NCBI GenBank assembly: GCA_963702845.1
Contig: OY969763.1
Coordinates: forward strand, 5,664,001-5,728,000
Source: an uncultured Verrucomicrobiae bacterium
Lineage (GTDB): Bacteria; Verrucomicrobiota; Verrucomicrobiia; Limisphaerales; Palsa-1400
Reading direction: 5' to 3'
Length of the DNA stretch: 64,000 bases
The notes under the pieces are model-generated. The model did not search any database and was not told the origin of the DNA. It was given only the letters and a program-made list of their open reading frames with translations. Within the stretch, counting starts at the first letter, position 1, and the number at the start of each line of letters is the position of its first letter. A program made the position numbers and the translations under genes. Shown piece after piece: positions 11,736 through 23,200 of the stretch.

Positions 11736-13271
11736 TCAGTGGTCTTTTTTCCGATCATTGCTGATGGACTCTGGCGCATCTGTTTCAGTTTCCTTCACTT
11801 CGGTTCGCAACCGGGCAAGTTCTTTTTGTAATTGCTCCTGAATGCTCGCGTAACTTTTCTCGCCGTAAACATTGTTCAGTTCGTTCGGATCTTTCTTTTG
11901 ATCGATTAACGTCCAGTAATTGATGTCCGGTTCGTAAAAGTGGAACAACTTGTAGCGATCCGTCACCACGCCGTAATGCTTGCGGACTTTGTGGGGGCCG
12001 GGGAACTCGTAGTAATGGAAGTAGAAGCTGGTTCGCCAATCGCTGGGTGCCGTTCCGCGCAGGATCGGCATAAGGCTGCGACCTTGCATGTCGTCAGGAA
12101 CTTTGACGCCAGCGGCATCCAACAATGTTTCCGGATAATCGAGCACTGACACCATCGCTTTGCTTCGTGTGCCTGGTTTAATAACGCCGGGCCATCGGAT
12201 CATCAACGGAGTGGTGAGTGATTCCTCGTAAATCCAGCGTTTATCGAACCAGCCGTGTTCGCCGAGGTAAAACCCTTGGTCGGACGAATAAACAACGATG
12301 GTGTTGGTGGCGAGCCCTTCATCGTCCAAATACTTCAACAAACGTCCGACGCTTTCATCGACGGACAAAATCGTCCCAAGATAATCATGCATGTAGCGTT
12401 GGTAACGCCAACGCACGAGATCTTTGCCGGTCAGGTTTTCCGACTGCATTTTGGCATTACGCGGTTCGTAGTAGGCGTCCCAAACTTTCTTTTGTTCCGG
12501 GGTGAGTGAGGGTGGAGAAGTGAACTTTGCATCGCGTGCGGTGAACGTTTTCGCGATGGTCATGTCCTGCTCATGTTCAGCGCGACCGCGGCCTGAGTAA
12601 TCGTCAAACAATGTTTCAGGTTCGGCGAACTTTCTGTCCTTGTTCCAATTGAGATTTTTGAGATTGGGCGACCATTCGCGATGCGGCGCTTTGTGTTGGG
12701 CCATCAACAGGAATGGCTTTGATTTGTCGCGGTTTTTCAGCCATTCGATCGAAAAATCAGTAATGAGATCGGTGACATAGCCCTGGTGTGTCACTTTCTG
12801 TCCGTTCCGAATCATCGGTGGGTTGTAATAAATTCCCTGGTCGGGAAGTATTTCCCAGTGATCGAAGCCGGTCGGATCGGACACGAGGTGCCACTTGCCG
12901 ATGATCGCGGTCTGGTAACCGGCTTTTTGCAGCAGCTTGGGAAAGGTCTGTTGTGCGCCATTGAAGGTGTTGCCGTTATTGCGATAGAAGCCATTCAGAT
13001 GGCTGTATTTGCCGGTCAGAACAGTCGCACGACTCGGGCCGCAAATCGGATTGGGAACGAGACAACGTTCGAACAACATTCCTTCTTTGGCGATTCGATC
13101 GAGGTTGGGAGTTTCGACGAGTTTAAGCGGATTGTTATACGCGCTGATGGCCTGTCGTGTGTGATCATCTGTGAATATGAACAGGATATTCGGGCGCTGC
13201 GCGGCTTGTGTGTTTTGGAATAAAAGCGAGAGGACGATGGCGGCAACAAGCCGGCAGGTTTGCATTCTCAT
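11736..13271 (-). CDS. Formylglycine-dependent sulfatase (N-acetylglucosamine-6-sulfatase-like, DUF4976-type C-terminus)
   Basis: Signal peptide; [49 protein letters not shown]. Confidence 0.9.
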   Translation of the reverse strand: MRMQTCRLVAAIVLSLLFQNTQAAQRPNILFIFTDDHTRQAISAYNNPLKLVETPNLDRIAKEGMLFERCLVPNPICGPSRATVLTGKYSHLNGFYRNNGNTFNGAQQTFPKLLQKAGYQTAIIGKWHLVSDPTGFDHWEILPDQGIYYNPPMIRNGQKVTHQGYVTDLITDFSIEWLKNRDKSKPFLLMAQHKAPHREWSPNLKNLNWNKDRKFAEPETLFDDYSGRGRAEHEQDMTIAKTFTARDAKFTSPPSLTPEQKKVWDAYYEPRNAKMQSENLTGKDLVRWRYQRYMHDYLGTILSVDESVGRLLKYLDDEGLATNTIVVYSSDQGFYLGEHGWFDKRWIYEESLTTPLMIRWPGVIKPGTRSKAMVSVLDYPETLLDAAGVKVPDDMQGRSLMPILRGTAPSDWRTSFYFHYYEFPGPHKVRKHYGVVTDRYKLFHFYEPDINYWTLIDQKKDPNELNNVYGEKSYASIQEQLQKELARLRTEVKETETDAPESISNDRKKDH

Positions 13272-13331
13272 AAAGGATCGAATCGAATTTTTAACGATTC
13301 GTATGGTACTCGGAGGCGTTGTTTGCGACTA

Positions 13332-13347
13332 TCACTCAACCGAGTGA
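13332..13347 (-). promoter_or_regulatory. 7-2-7 palindrome TCACTCA-AC-CGAGTGA upstream of the sulfatase
   Basis: Near-perfect inverted heptamers; -10-like TACCAT 23 bp downstream on the minus strand (13308-13303). Confidence 0.7.
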
Positions 13348-13377
13348 TCAGCTTGTTGTATTGGCCGGAAAATCAAC

Positions 13378-14043
13378 TCAAACGAACGGGCGCAACTCTG
13401 CTTTTGCGACGCTCTCCGCATTGCGCAGATAGCGTGTCGCAGCTTCGGTGCGCGAACGGACGTGAAGCTTCTCGTAGATGTGACGCAAATGAGTCCGAAC
13501 AGTATCGAAACTGACGGAGAGCCGGTCGGCAATTTCCTTATTGGCATAGCCCTGGGTCAGCAATTCGAGAATTTCTTCTTCACGGGCGGTTAAGCCGGCG
13601 TCTTTGATAGTCACCGGAGCAGGGCGGCGGAATGATGCGATGACTTTTCGTGCGATTTCGCCGGTCATCGGCGCGCCGCCGTTCAAAACATCCTGAATGG
13701 CGCCGAGGAGTTCGGCTGGAGTCGTGCGCTTGAGCAGATAACCGCTCGCGCCTGATTGCAAGGCGGATAATACGCGATCGTTGTCGGCATGCACGGTCAC
13801 AATCAAAATCTGGACCTGCGGCATGGATTGTTTGAGTCGCGCGGTGCATTCGATGCCCGACATACCCGGCAGATTAATATCCATCAGCACCACGTCCGGG
13901 ACGGCTTGCGGCACCTTTTTAAGAGCATCTTCACCCGATCCGCATGCGCACACACATTGAAATCCTGGAGAGGCGTCAATGAGTTTTGCCCAATTTTCAC
14001 GGATTCCGCGAGTGTCTTCGACAAGGGCAACTTTGATTCTCAT
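13378..14043 (-). CDS. NarL/LuxR-family two-component response regulator
   Basis: REC domain (LVED, DVVLMDINLPGMSG, GYLLK) plus LuxR HTH (LTAREEEILELL..GYANKEIADRL..S..TVRTH..IYEKL). Probable start MRIKV at 14043. Confidence 0.95.
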   Translation of the reverse strand: MRIKVALVEDTRGIRENWAKLIDASPGFQCVCACGSGEDALKKVPQAVPDVVLMDINLPGMSGIECTARLKQSMPQVQILIVTVHADNDRVLSALQSGASGYLLKRTTPAELLGAIQDVLNGGAPMTGEIARKVIASFRRPAPVTIKDAGLTAREEEILELLTQGYANKEIADRLSVSFDTVRTHLRHIYEKLHVRSRTEAATRYLRNAESVAKAELRPFV

Positions 14044-14112
14044 GGTAGGGAGGAATCCGCGTCGTGCGGTTCGGATATGGGTTAGTGTGCGCAATTTGAT
14101 CTTCGGCGAATA

Positions 14113-14128
14113 TCGCTCAAACGGGTGA
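14113..14128 (-). promoter_or_regulatory. 7-2-7 palindrome TCGCTCA-AA-CGGGTGA between kinase stop and regulator start (autoregulation site)
   Basis: Matches consensus; -10-like CACACT 23 bp downstream on the minus strand (14089-14084). Confidence 0.65.
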
Positions 14129-14130
14129 CA

Positions 14131-17127
14131 TTATGATACAGGCGTCTTTTGGCCCACCAACGGTAGTATAAACGAGATGCGTGAGCCTTTTCCCGGCTCA
14201 GTAACGATTTCGGCGCGGCCCTGAATGGTTTCCATTCGCGCCAACATATTTCCCAGGCCGTTACCGCGTTCGGCTTCTTCGGTGAAACCGCATCCGTTAT
14301 CATCGACGGTGACGTTCAGTCGGTTCTCTCGCCACGCTATGCGCAACCAGACTTCGGCGGCGCCGGAATGTTTTACCGCATTGTTCAGGGCTTCCTTGAC
14401 GCTGAGGAAAAGATTGTGCCGCTGTTGCGCCGTTACCGGTATCGATGGCAAATTTTCCATCATGTCAATGCGGCAGCTCACGTTAGCAGCGCGCAGGAAT
14501 TCGTGAGCATGATCGGCAAGGTAACTGGCTAAATCAGGCAAAGAATCGTTCTTCGGGTTAACCGTCCACACAATTTCATCCATCGCCGTGGCGACCTGCC
14601 GCGCTTTTTCGGTGATGCCATCGAGTTGCGAGCGGATTTCAGTCGGCGGCACGTCCCCACCCGCCAATTCGCTCAACAGCATGATTTCAGTAATACCTGA
14701 GCCGAGATCATCGTGAAGATCTTGCGCGATGCGGCGACGCTCTTTCTCCATTGCTTGCTGCATTTCCAGGCGTTCCAGTTTTCGCCGCAATTTCGCGCGT
14801 CCGACAAAATGCGCTCCTGTTCCAACCATGCTGAGGACGAGCAGTCCGACCGTCGTCTGGAACCAGAGGGTTTCATAGTAATGGAGTTTGACGATCAGTG
14901 TCACGGGATTGGCTGTTTCGGTCCAATCATTGGCGCTGCCCGAGCAGATGACGTGGAAACGATAGGTCCCCGGCAGAAGGGCGCCGTAGGTCGCTTTGCG
15001 TTGGGCCCCGGCGTCGACGAACCGATCGTCCTGGCCCTCCAGTTGGTATCTGAACTTGAGTCGTCCCGGTGAATCGGCATCAGCGATCGTATATTGAAAT
15101 TCGACACGCTTCATCCCTGTGTAGATTTCCAGCGGCTTCGTCAAAGAGAATGATTGCTCCGCCTCGTCAACTTTCACTGCTTCAATCAGCACGGGCAACA
15201 AGGGACGATTTCGCAGCAATTCTTTTGGATTGAATGACAGAATGCCGTGTCCCACCGGAAACCAAAGGCGTCCATCCGGTGACTGCGCCGCGGATGGTTG
15301 GCCGCTGCCGACACTCCAATTCTCCACCTCGGACGCCGCGACTTGGATTAAGGGTAATGGTGTGCCACCGCGCCTGTTTGCAATTAAAGCATTTTTCGCG
15401 ACGCCAAACACACCGTCATTGGAACTGAGCCACAGGATTCCATTGGAGTCCTCGATAATCGAATGCACCCAGTCACTTGGGAACCCGTCCGTGCGCGACC
15501 AATAGCGCATGTTACCGCCTTTCATACGGTAAAGGCCTCGGGCCAGGGACCCAATCCAAAGCGCGCCGTCATCATCGCGATAAAGAGTCTCCACAGCCGG
15601 CCGTTGAAACTTCGCCGAGTGCTCGACCTTATCTTTGTGGATCCGGAAAAGACCACCGCTGCGCGTGCCGACCCACAATTCGTTGCGACCCGCGGCGATG
15701 GCGCGCACTTCTTTATCGTGTCCAGGATTTCCTAAAGTGTACGTTTTGATTTCATTACCACGCTTGCGTATCACCGCGCCGATGGTGCCGAACCACAAAG
15801 CGCCCTCCCGGTCCTGGAATAGCGCGGGCACAGGTTGGCCATGGATGACGGATTCCAGTTCTGGCTTCAGCCGATCATTTTCCAGCCTGAACAATCCCGA
15901 CAATGTGCCAAACCAAATTTGATTATCGCGGTCCTCGAAGATTGCCATCACGGTTGCGTTGGAACTACGCGAGGAAATATCGAACCGTGAAAAAACTTCT
16001 TCTTTGAATCGGTAGATACCATTTCCGTCGGTGCCGACCCACACCGTGCCGTCGTGCGCCACGCAGACGGTTTGCGGTACGTTTTCCTGCGTGACGGTTG
16101 GAAGAGATAAAAGGTTAAATAGCCGCGGTTTGATCTGGTGCAAATTGCCCGCGACAGTTCCCGCCCAAACCAAGCCTTCATTATCTTCATAAAAGCAGGA
16201 AACACCGCCGAGTGAACGCGACCTTTTTGGGGTAATCTCCCGCCAACCGGTTCCGGGAATAAGGCAATGAATTGCGCCATTGCGCGTGCCGGCCCACAAC
16301 CTGCCGGCGTGATCTTCGATCATGGCGCCGATGGAGGTTTGCGGACAAGCACCCGATGCATCAACCCATTCAAGGCGAAATTGATTGTTGGTTTCTAGCA
16401 GGCGTCCAACCGTTGTTCCAGCGGTCACCCAAAAACCGCCAAAGCGGCTGGCACAGTGAATGTCAGGTTTAATTTGCTTGTTGATGTCATCACCTAGCTC
16501 GATGACTTGATCTTGCTTAATGATGTAAGCATCCGAAGATCCCGCGACGAGCAGAGTTCCGTGCGGATCGCAAATCAGCCTTCGACGTCCTTTTCCTGCC
16601 GGCACATGCACTGTCGTGATTTTGCCATTCGCCATTCGGGTGATCTCATTGGTGCCGAACAGAGCCCAGATGGTCCCGCTTGAATCGCTGACCAACGATT
16701 TGACAACAGACTCCGGCGCGTTCTCCACCGGTTGAATTTCTGTCAGCCTTGCTTCGGTGCAACGAAATAAGCCTTTGGCAGTGCCGAGCCATAAATTTCC
16801 GTTGGTTTCGGCGAGCAACGTGGTGACTTTGTTGCTCTGGAGCGCAGGAATCGAATCCGCGTTCAGCAGGTTGAAACGCACGCCATCGAATCGCACCAGA
16901 CCTTTTTCAGTCGTCAGCCATAGATAGCCGTTCGCACTTCGCTGCACGTGGCTGATGACTGCGGCGGGAAGGTCATTGCGCCGGTCCCAACTTTTTAATT
17001 CGAACTGCGGCTCAACCGGATTGGCGACCACATCCGTCGGTATGGAAAATGCGACGAAAAGTGCCAATTGCAGCACCGAAAGGACTCTCAGGACAGCAAC
17101 GCGCATTTGTCGAATTATAAATATCAA
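14131..17127 (-). CDS. Sensor histidine kinase: periplasmic two-component regulator propeller repeats, Y_Y_Y domain, TM, HisKA_3 and HATPase_c
   Basis: Repeated D..G.LW.GT..GL motifs; FRYQLEG, YGALLPGTYRF; ERRRIAQDLHDDLG; KEALNNAVKHS, DNGCGF, GNGLGNM. Start at 17127 (TTG) or 17106 (ATG). Confidence 0.93.
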   Translation of the reverse strand: MIFIIRQMRVAVLRVLSVLQLALFVAFSIPTDVVANPVEPQFELKSWDRRNDLPAAVISHVQRSANGYLWLTTEKGLVRFDGVRFNLLNADSIPALQSNKVTTLLAETNGNLWLGTAKGLFRCTEARLTEIQPVENAPESVVKSLVSDSSGTIWALFGTNEITRMANGKITTVHVPAGKGRRRLICDPHGTLLVAGSSDAYIIKQDQVIELGDDINKQIKPDIHCASRFGGFWVTAGTTVGRLLETNNQFRLEWVDASGACPQTSIGAMIEDHAGRLWAGTRNGAIHCLIPGTGWREITPKRSRSLGGVSCFYEDNEGLVWAGTVAGNLHQIKPRLFNLLSLPTVTQENVPQTVCVAHDGTVWVGTDGNGIYRFKEEVFSRFDISSRSSNATVMAIFEDRDNQIWFGTLSGLFRLENDRLKPELESVIHGQPVPALFQDREGALWFGTIGAVIRKRGNEIKTYTLGNPGHDKEVRAIAAGRNELWVGTRSGGLFRIHKDKVEHSAKFQRPAVETLYRDDDGALWIGSLARGLYRMKGGNMRYWSRTDGFPSDWVHSIIEDSNGILWLSSNDGVFGVAKNALIANRRGGTPLPLIQVAASEVENWSVGSGQPSAAQSPDGRLWFPVGHGILSFNPKELLRNRPLLPVLIEAVKVDEAEQSFSLTKPLEIYTGMKRVEFQYTIADADSPGRLKFRYQLEGQDDRFVDAGAQRKATYGALLPGTYRFHVICSGSANDWTETANPVTLIVKLHYYETLWFQTTVGLLVLSMVGTGAHFVGRAKLRRKLERLEMQQAMEKERRRIAQDLHDDLGSGITEIMLLSELAGGDVPPTEIRSQLDGITEKARQVATAMDEIVWTVNPKNDSLPDLASYLADHAHEFLRAANVSCRIDMMENLPSIPVTAQQRHNLFLSVKEALNNAVKHSGAAEVWLRIAWRENRLNVTVDDNGCGFTEEAERGNGLGNMLARMETIQGRAEIVTEPGKGSRISFILPLVGQKTPVS

Positions 17128-17163
17128 TAGCTCGGCTTACAAGCTTCGCAGCGTCATGGTCGG

Positions 17164-17179
17164 TCACTCAAATGAGCGA
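17164..17179 (+). promoter_or_regulatory. 7-2-7 palindrome TCACTCA-AA-TGAGCGA in the divergent kinase / protein B spacer
   Basis: Best match to consensus; -10-like CACGCT at 17204-17209. Confidence 0.72.
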
Positions 17180-17245
17180 TGGACGCTGCTCGCGGCACTG
17201 TGACACGCTGGTACGTCCAGTTACCACACCGCCAAGCCAACAAAC

Positions 17246-20200
17246 ATGAGAACCCCTGCCTTCGTTGTGTTGACCGGATTGGTTTTTGGGCTTGTGTGCG
17301 GCTATCCACTCGCTCGAGCCGGTGCGGCAGGAGTTGGCGTTGAAGTGGAGTTTGCGGACAGCGCCACCGGTTACTCGCTGCAACCAGATGAAATTGTGGC
17401 TCATCCGCATCGCAACGGGGCAATTGAGCAACGATTTGGCCGGGCTCACACTGGTGCTGATGGTCGTGCAAAGATGCAATTGGAACGCGGTCGGCACACG
17501 GTCAGCGCCAGTATACCTTCCTATCATCCGCTCAGCGGCGAAGTGCAGGTCCGGGAGAATTTTCCCTACAAAGTTCGTTTCCTGCTGGATCCGATCGAGA
17601 AACCGCGTGAGCTGCAGGCTGACAATATCGCGGCCCGTCACCGCGACGATGCGACGCTCTTCCAGGGATTTGTCGTGTCAGATGAGACCGGGCGGCCGTT
17701 GCGTGGAGTTCGGATCAAATCGACGCCGAGTGGTGTGAGTGCTGTCACCGACGAGCGCGGTTTCTACGAGATATACGTGCCGTTGCAGGCACCAGCCAGC
17801 TTGGTTGTGGACAAAGGAGGTTACAAGGTTGAAGAGCGGCAGTACCTGGAACTCTCGCCGCGCGGGGATTGGACCTACAACTTCCGGTTGGAGCGAGGCA
17901 ATGGGAAGCAAACACTCGATGAACGCAGCCGGTTGCGCCAAGCCATCGAGCAAGACCCCACAGAGGAAGTGATTGCGCCCAAGGCGACATTTACTCAAAC
18001 GATGACACGGCTAGTCACTCCCAAATCCACGCTTCCCGCCAATGCGACCATTCGAGTTCCTCGGAACATTCGGGTGGAAGACGGGACCAATCTTTATTAC
18101 GTGACGATGAATTTCTATGAGAAGCACGTGTTGCCGCATGAATGGATTGCCTCATGGAACACCAACAGCTTGAATGCGGGCGCGGTGCCCGTGCGATGTT
18201 ACGCCATTGCGCGTATCAATGCCCGCGCGCCGGACAGCGATTTTGATATTTGCGGTGATAGCAATTGTCAGAACTTCAAGGCCAACGTTTCCTCCAGTTC
18301 GACTGATGGAGCGGTGGACTATACCGCTGGCTATGTAGTTATTAACGGTAGCGGTGATATTCCTAGCACCGAGTACTCGGCGGAGAACAACAGCCTTGGA
18401 AAACCGTGCGGAGACGGTTTTGCTGCGCCAAGCAGCGGGTGTCTTTACGATCCGATTTGTGCGGGACACGATCGGTCGGGCCACGGTAGGGGCATGTGTC
18501 AGCGCGGGACGCAGCGGTGGGGTTCGGGGGGCAACGGGTATCCGGTACGCGATTGGCTTTGGATGGTTGAACATTACTATCCCACCCTCACGCTCGTCAA
18601 AGGAGCCGAACTGGTCATCGGTGATGACGTGAAATCTACTTCCAGCGATTGCAGCGTGCGCGCTTGTGCGGGCGGGGGAATCGATAACGGAACTTTATGC
18701 GCGTTGATCACAAGCAAAGCCTCTGGCCAAACCGGCGTGATTATCGGCGGACCCATACTCGTGACCAACGACAGCAAAGGCTTCACGTGGTATCAAGTGC
18801 GTTGGAACGACGCTAGTTCGACGACGGGTTGGTCCTGCGAAAGCTATCTGGATCGAGTGGTATCGGCACCCACAGCGCCGACCGGTTTGACGGCGACGGC
18901 CAGTGGGTCGAGCCAAATAAACCTGAGTTGGACGGACAGCAGCAGCATCGAAGCAGGATTCTACGTCGAGAGAGCGCCCGCCTCGAGTGGGCCTTGGTTA
19001 CAACTCGCAACGCTTGTGGCGAACGCGGTGAGTTACTCGGACAAAAACCTTTATGCCAGCAGCACCTGGTTTTACAGGGTTCGCAGCTACAACTCGGCGG
19101 GGAACAGCAGCTATAGTAGTGTGGCGAGCGCGACTACTCCCAACAACGTCGCGCCAACCCTGGCTGCAATTCAAAATCGCGTCGTCGCTCCGGGAATACT
19201 GATCACGTTCACGAACACCGCGACCGCGCCCGACACCGTAAAATCGATCACGGATTTTGAAGCGTTTCAGAGCGAAACCGGAAACGGTGCGGTGTTGTTC
19301 GATACGCCAAACACGTCCAGCAGCACGAGCAACTTTCTGAACAATGCGCCGGAAATGGACATTGCCGTAATTACCGACACGCATCCCACCGGAGGACAAT
19401 CTTCGGGCAATGTGCTGATGCTGATTTGTCAGTTTACCAATGCGAACAATCCCTGGCTGAGACTAACGACGGCTGGCACGAGCTACTTTCCCGATGCGGT
19501 GATCGATATTACACGCAAGCTGCGCTTTGATATGTATGCGGACCAGTCGGTGCAGGTGGCGGTAGGATGTCGCGAGACTACGACGGCGGTTGGAACGGCA
19601 ATCGGAATGGATGGCGGGACTAGCGGCGCGATCGAATGGGCCGGAGTGACCAATGTGGCTGGAACCGCCCCGATGCCGACACGAACGATTACGCCGAACA
19701 CGTGGACAACGGTGACATTTGATTTTGCCAACGAACCGATCCGCAGTTTTTCTGGTGGCAACGGCGTGTTATCGACGACATCCGGTTTGGGTGTTCTCGA
19801 ACATCTCGCCATTGTTCCGCAGAATGGTACGAACACGTACACCTTTTACGTCGACAACTTCGCGGTGTTGTATCCTCGAACATTTACCTACAGCTTGGGT
19901 GCAGGTGCGCCGTCTGGAGCCACGCTTGATGCAAACACGGGTATTTTCTCCTGGACCCCCTCTCAAGCGCAATCGCCCAGCACGAACAACATTGCGGTAA
20001 TCGTCACCGACAACAGTTCCCCACCTTTGCGCACGACTAATACCTTCACGGTGACAGTCTCGCAGTCTTCGCCGACCGTTATAGTTACCCAACCACAGAA
20101 CGCCACTGCGAATGTCGGCTCCGACGCGGTGTTTAGCGTTGAAGCGAGTGGAACATCGCTGAAATATCAATGGCTGTTCAACGCGACGACTGTCCTGGCG

Positions 20201-23200
20201 GGCACAACAAATTCGACGCTGACCGTGACCAACTGCCAACTCACGAACGCCGGCAGTTACTCGGTGATCGTCAGCAACGCTACCGACAGCATTACCAGCT
20301 CCGATGCTACACTCGTGGTTTTCGCTCCGATTACGCTTTCAACTCCACCGTCCAACTGCACGAACAACATTGGAGACAATGCGCATTTTGCTGTCACCGC
20401 AATTGGAACGAACCTGACTTATCAATGGCAATTTCAGGCGAATGATATCGCTGGCGCAACGAGCAGCGCCATCGACATTCCGGTCAATGGCATAACCAAC
20501 GAAGGAGTCTACACAGTTGTCATCAGCAGCCCGGTCGCAACCAAGGTCACAGCGAGCGCTGCTCTATCTATTCCGTTTTTTGATTTGACGAAGATTGCTC
20601 AATGGGATTTCAACAGCGTTCCTGCGGATAACAATACTAACACGGGTGTAACCGCGCCGTCACTCGGGAGTGGAACTGTTGCGACAGTTGACGGCGCCAC
20701 GGCGTTGTTCGGCGACAGCGTTACCTCCGACATTGCGTCTCTGGGATTGGATAATACGTCATGGCTGATTACAAATTACCCGCCGTCCAGCACGGGAAAC
20801 AAAATCCGTGGCATTCAAGTGAACGTCAGTACGCTTGGCTACAACGAAATCGCCGTGACCTGGGAACAGCGAAACAATGCACGAGCCTCGAAATACGCGC
20901 GCTTTCAATACACTACCAACGGAACGGATTGGATCGACCGCGACGTGATCAACCACACCAGTTACGCTAACTTCCAGTTCAAGTTCGCTGATCTTTGGGA
21001 CATCGATGGCGTCAGCAACAATCCGAATTTCGCGTTTCGCATCCTTACCGAATGGGAGAACACAGCCACGGGCTCCGGCGCGGCTGCCTACGTTCCATCC
21101 AACCCGAGTAGCACCTATAATACTGACGCAGTAATACGCTTCGACATGATTACGATTCTTGGCTCAATCGCCGAGCCGGTCATCGTCAGTCAGCCGCAAA
21201 GCGTCACGCGACAAGTCGGACAAACCGCAGTTTTTAACGTTGCCGCTACGGGCATCAATCTTTCGTATCGTTGGCAAAAAGATGGCGTGGACTTGCAAAA
21301 TGACACTCGAATCACCGGCGCTGATACCGCCAGTTTGTCTGTCGCAAACATTGGCGATAATGATGCCGGATCGTTCACCGCGATCGTCAGCGCCGCAAAC
21401 GGGCTGTTCTCGATTCAAAGCGATCCCGCGACACTGTTTGTCTTCACACCCGTTTCGATCACGCAGCAACCACAAGGCGGCGCATTCAACGCTGGCTCGC
21501 CGATTGCACTGAGCGTTTCCGCGAACGGGACCACTCCAATCACTTATCAATGGAAGAAAAATGGCGCCATTATTTCGGGCGCGACTCAAAGTTCATTCGC
21601 AATCAACAGTTTTGAGTCTGCTAACGCAGGAACATACACCGTCATCGTTGACAATGGCGGCACTCCAATCGAAAGCGATCAAGCTATCCTGTCGATCAAT
21701 GTTGCACCCTTAATATCGGTAGAGCCTCATTCGATAACCATCGTTGCGGACAACATCGCGTCATTCAGCGTGACCGCCTCCGGCACCGCGCCGCTTGCTT
21801 ATCAATGGCGCAAAAACGCCGCGCCCATTTCCGGCGCGACCCAGAGCAGCTATACGATTGCGAGTGCGAAAACTTTGGATGCCGGCACCTATACCGTCGT
21901 CATTACGAACGTCGCCGGCTCGGTTACTAGTTCAACTGCCATGCTCGCCGTTACGATCGTGAAACCAGTAATAGTTTCGCAACCTCTTAGCGGAACGAAT
22001 GTGGTCGGTAGCACTGTCACTTTTAATGTTGGCGCGACGGGCGGCGCCCTCAGCTACCAGTGGCGAAAAAACGGAGCGAAACTGTTGAATGTCGGCCGCG
22101 TGTCCGGCGCGACAACAGCCTCATTGACGATTACTGGTGTGTATACAACTGACAATGGCAACTACAGCGTTGCCGTTTCCAACTCCGCAGGCGCCGTCGT
22201 CAGTTCCACCGCTGTGTTCAAGGCTTTCTTTGCACCCGATATTGCGACACAGCCAGCCAGCCGGACCAGTGCCGCAGGCACGACCGCGATCTTCCGCGTT
22301 GCCGCAGTCGGAACTGCGCCCCTGAAATATCAATGGCGCAAAGGAACGAACAATCTGGTCAACGGCATGGGCGTTTCCGGCGCGACCGGCGCGGCGTTGA
22401 CTTTGACTGGCGTTTCGACCGGAACTGTCGGCTCTTACAATGTCGTGGTCATCAACGCCGTCGGGTCCGCGACCAGCGACGCGGCCACCCTGGATGTAGA
22501 TACGAAACCTCTCATCGTCGGGCAGCCCGCCAGCCGCACGGACAACGAAGGGACCACCGTCAGCTTCCATGTCACCGCTACTGGCGGACACTTGCTCTAC
22601 CAATGGCTGCGTGGAACAAATCTCGTCGATGACGGAAATATCTCCGGTTCCTTGACTGATACGTTGACAGTGTCGAACATCACCACGAAAGACGCAGCAT
22701 CGAACTATAGCGTCAAAACTAAAAACGTTGCTGGTTCGGCTGTCAGCAGTTACGCCGCTCTCGCAGTTGTGGTGCCGGTGCGCATTGTCAGCGGTGCCAC
22801 CAATCAATTGGTTCTGTATAATTCCAAAGCAATTTTTGCGGTCGCAACGAGCGGCACCGCGCCGCTGGTGTATCAATGGTACAAAAACGGCACCAACAAA
22901 CTCGTGAATTTTCCCGGCCACATTTCTGGCGCGACTTCCAGCGTGTTAACGATTTCCTCGTGCGTCGAAACCGACGTCGCGAGCTACTCTGTTTTTGTCA
23001 CTAACGTCATTGGCACCGCGAACAGTTCGAATGCGGTGTTGATGATTGTGCCGAAGATTTCGATCTCTTCACCCTCCGCGAACGCGGCATTCAGTGTCCC
23101 GACGGTCAGCGTTACAGGCACCGCCTCCGATTTCAGCGGCAGCTCTATCGCGCAGGTTCAATGGCAACTGAACGGCTCACCTTTTTCGCTCGCCATCGGC

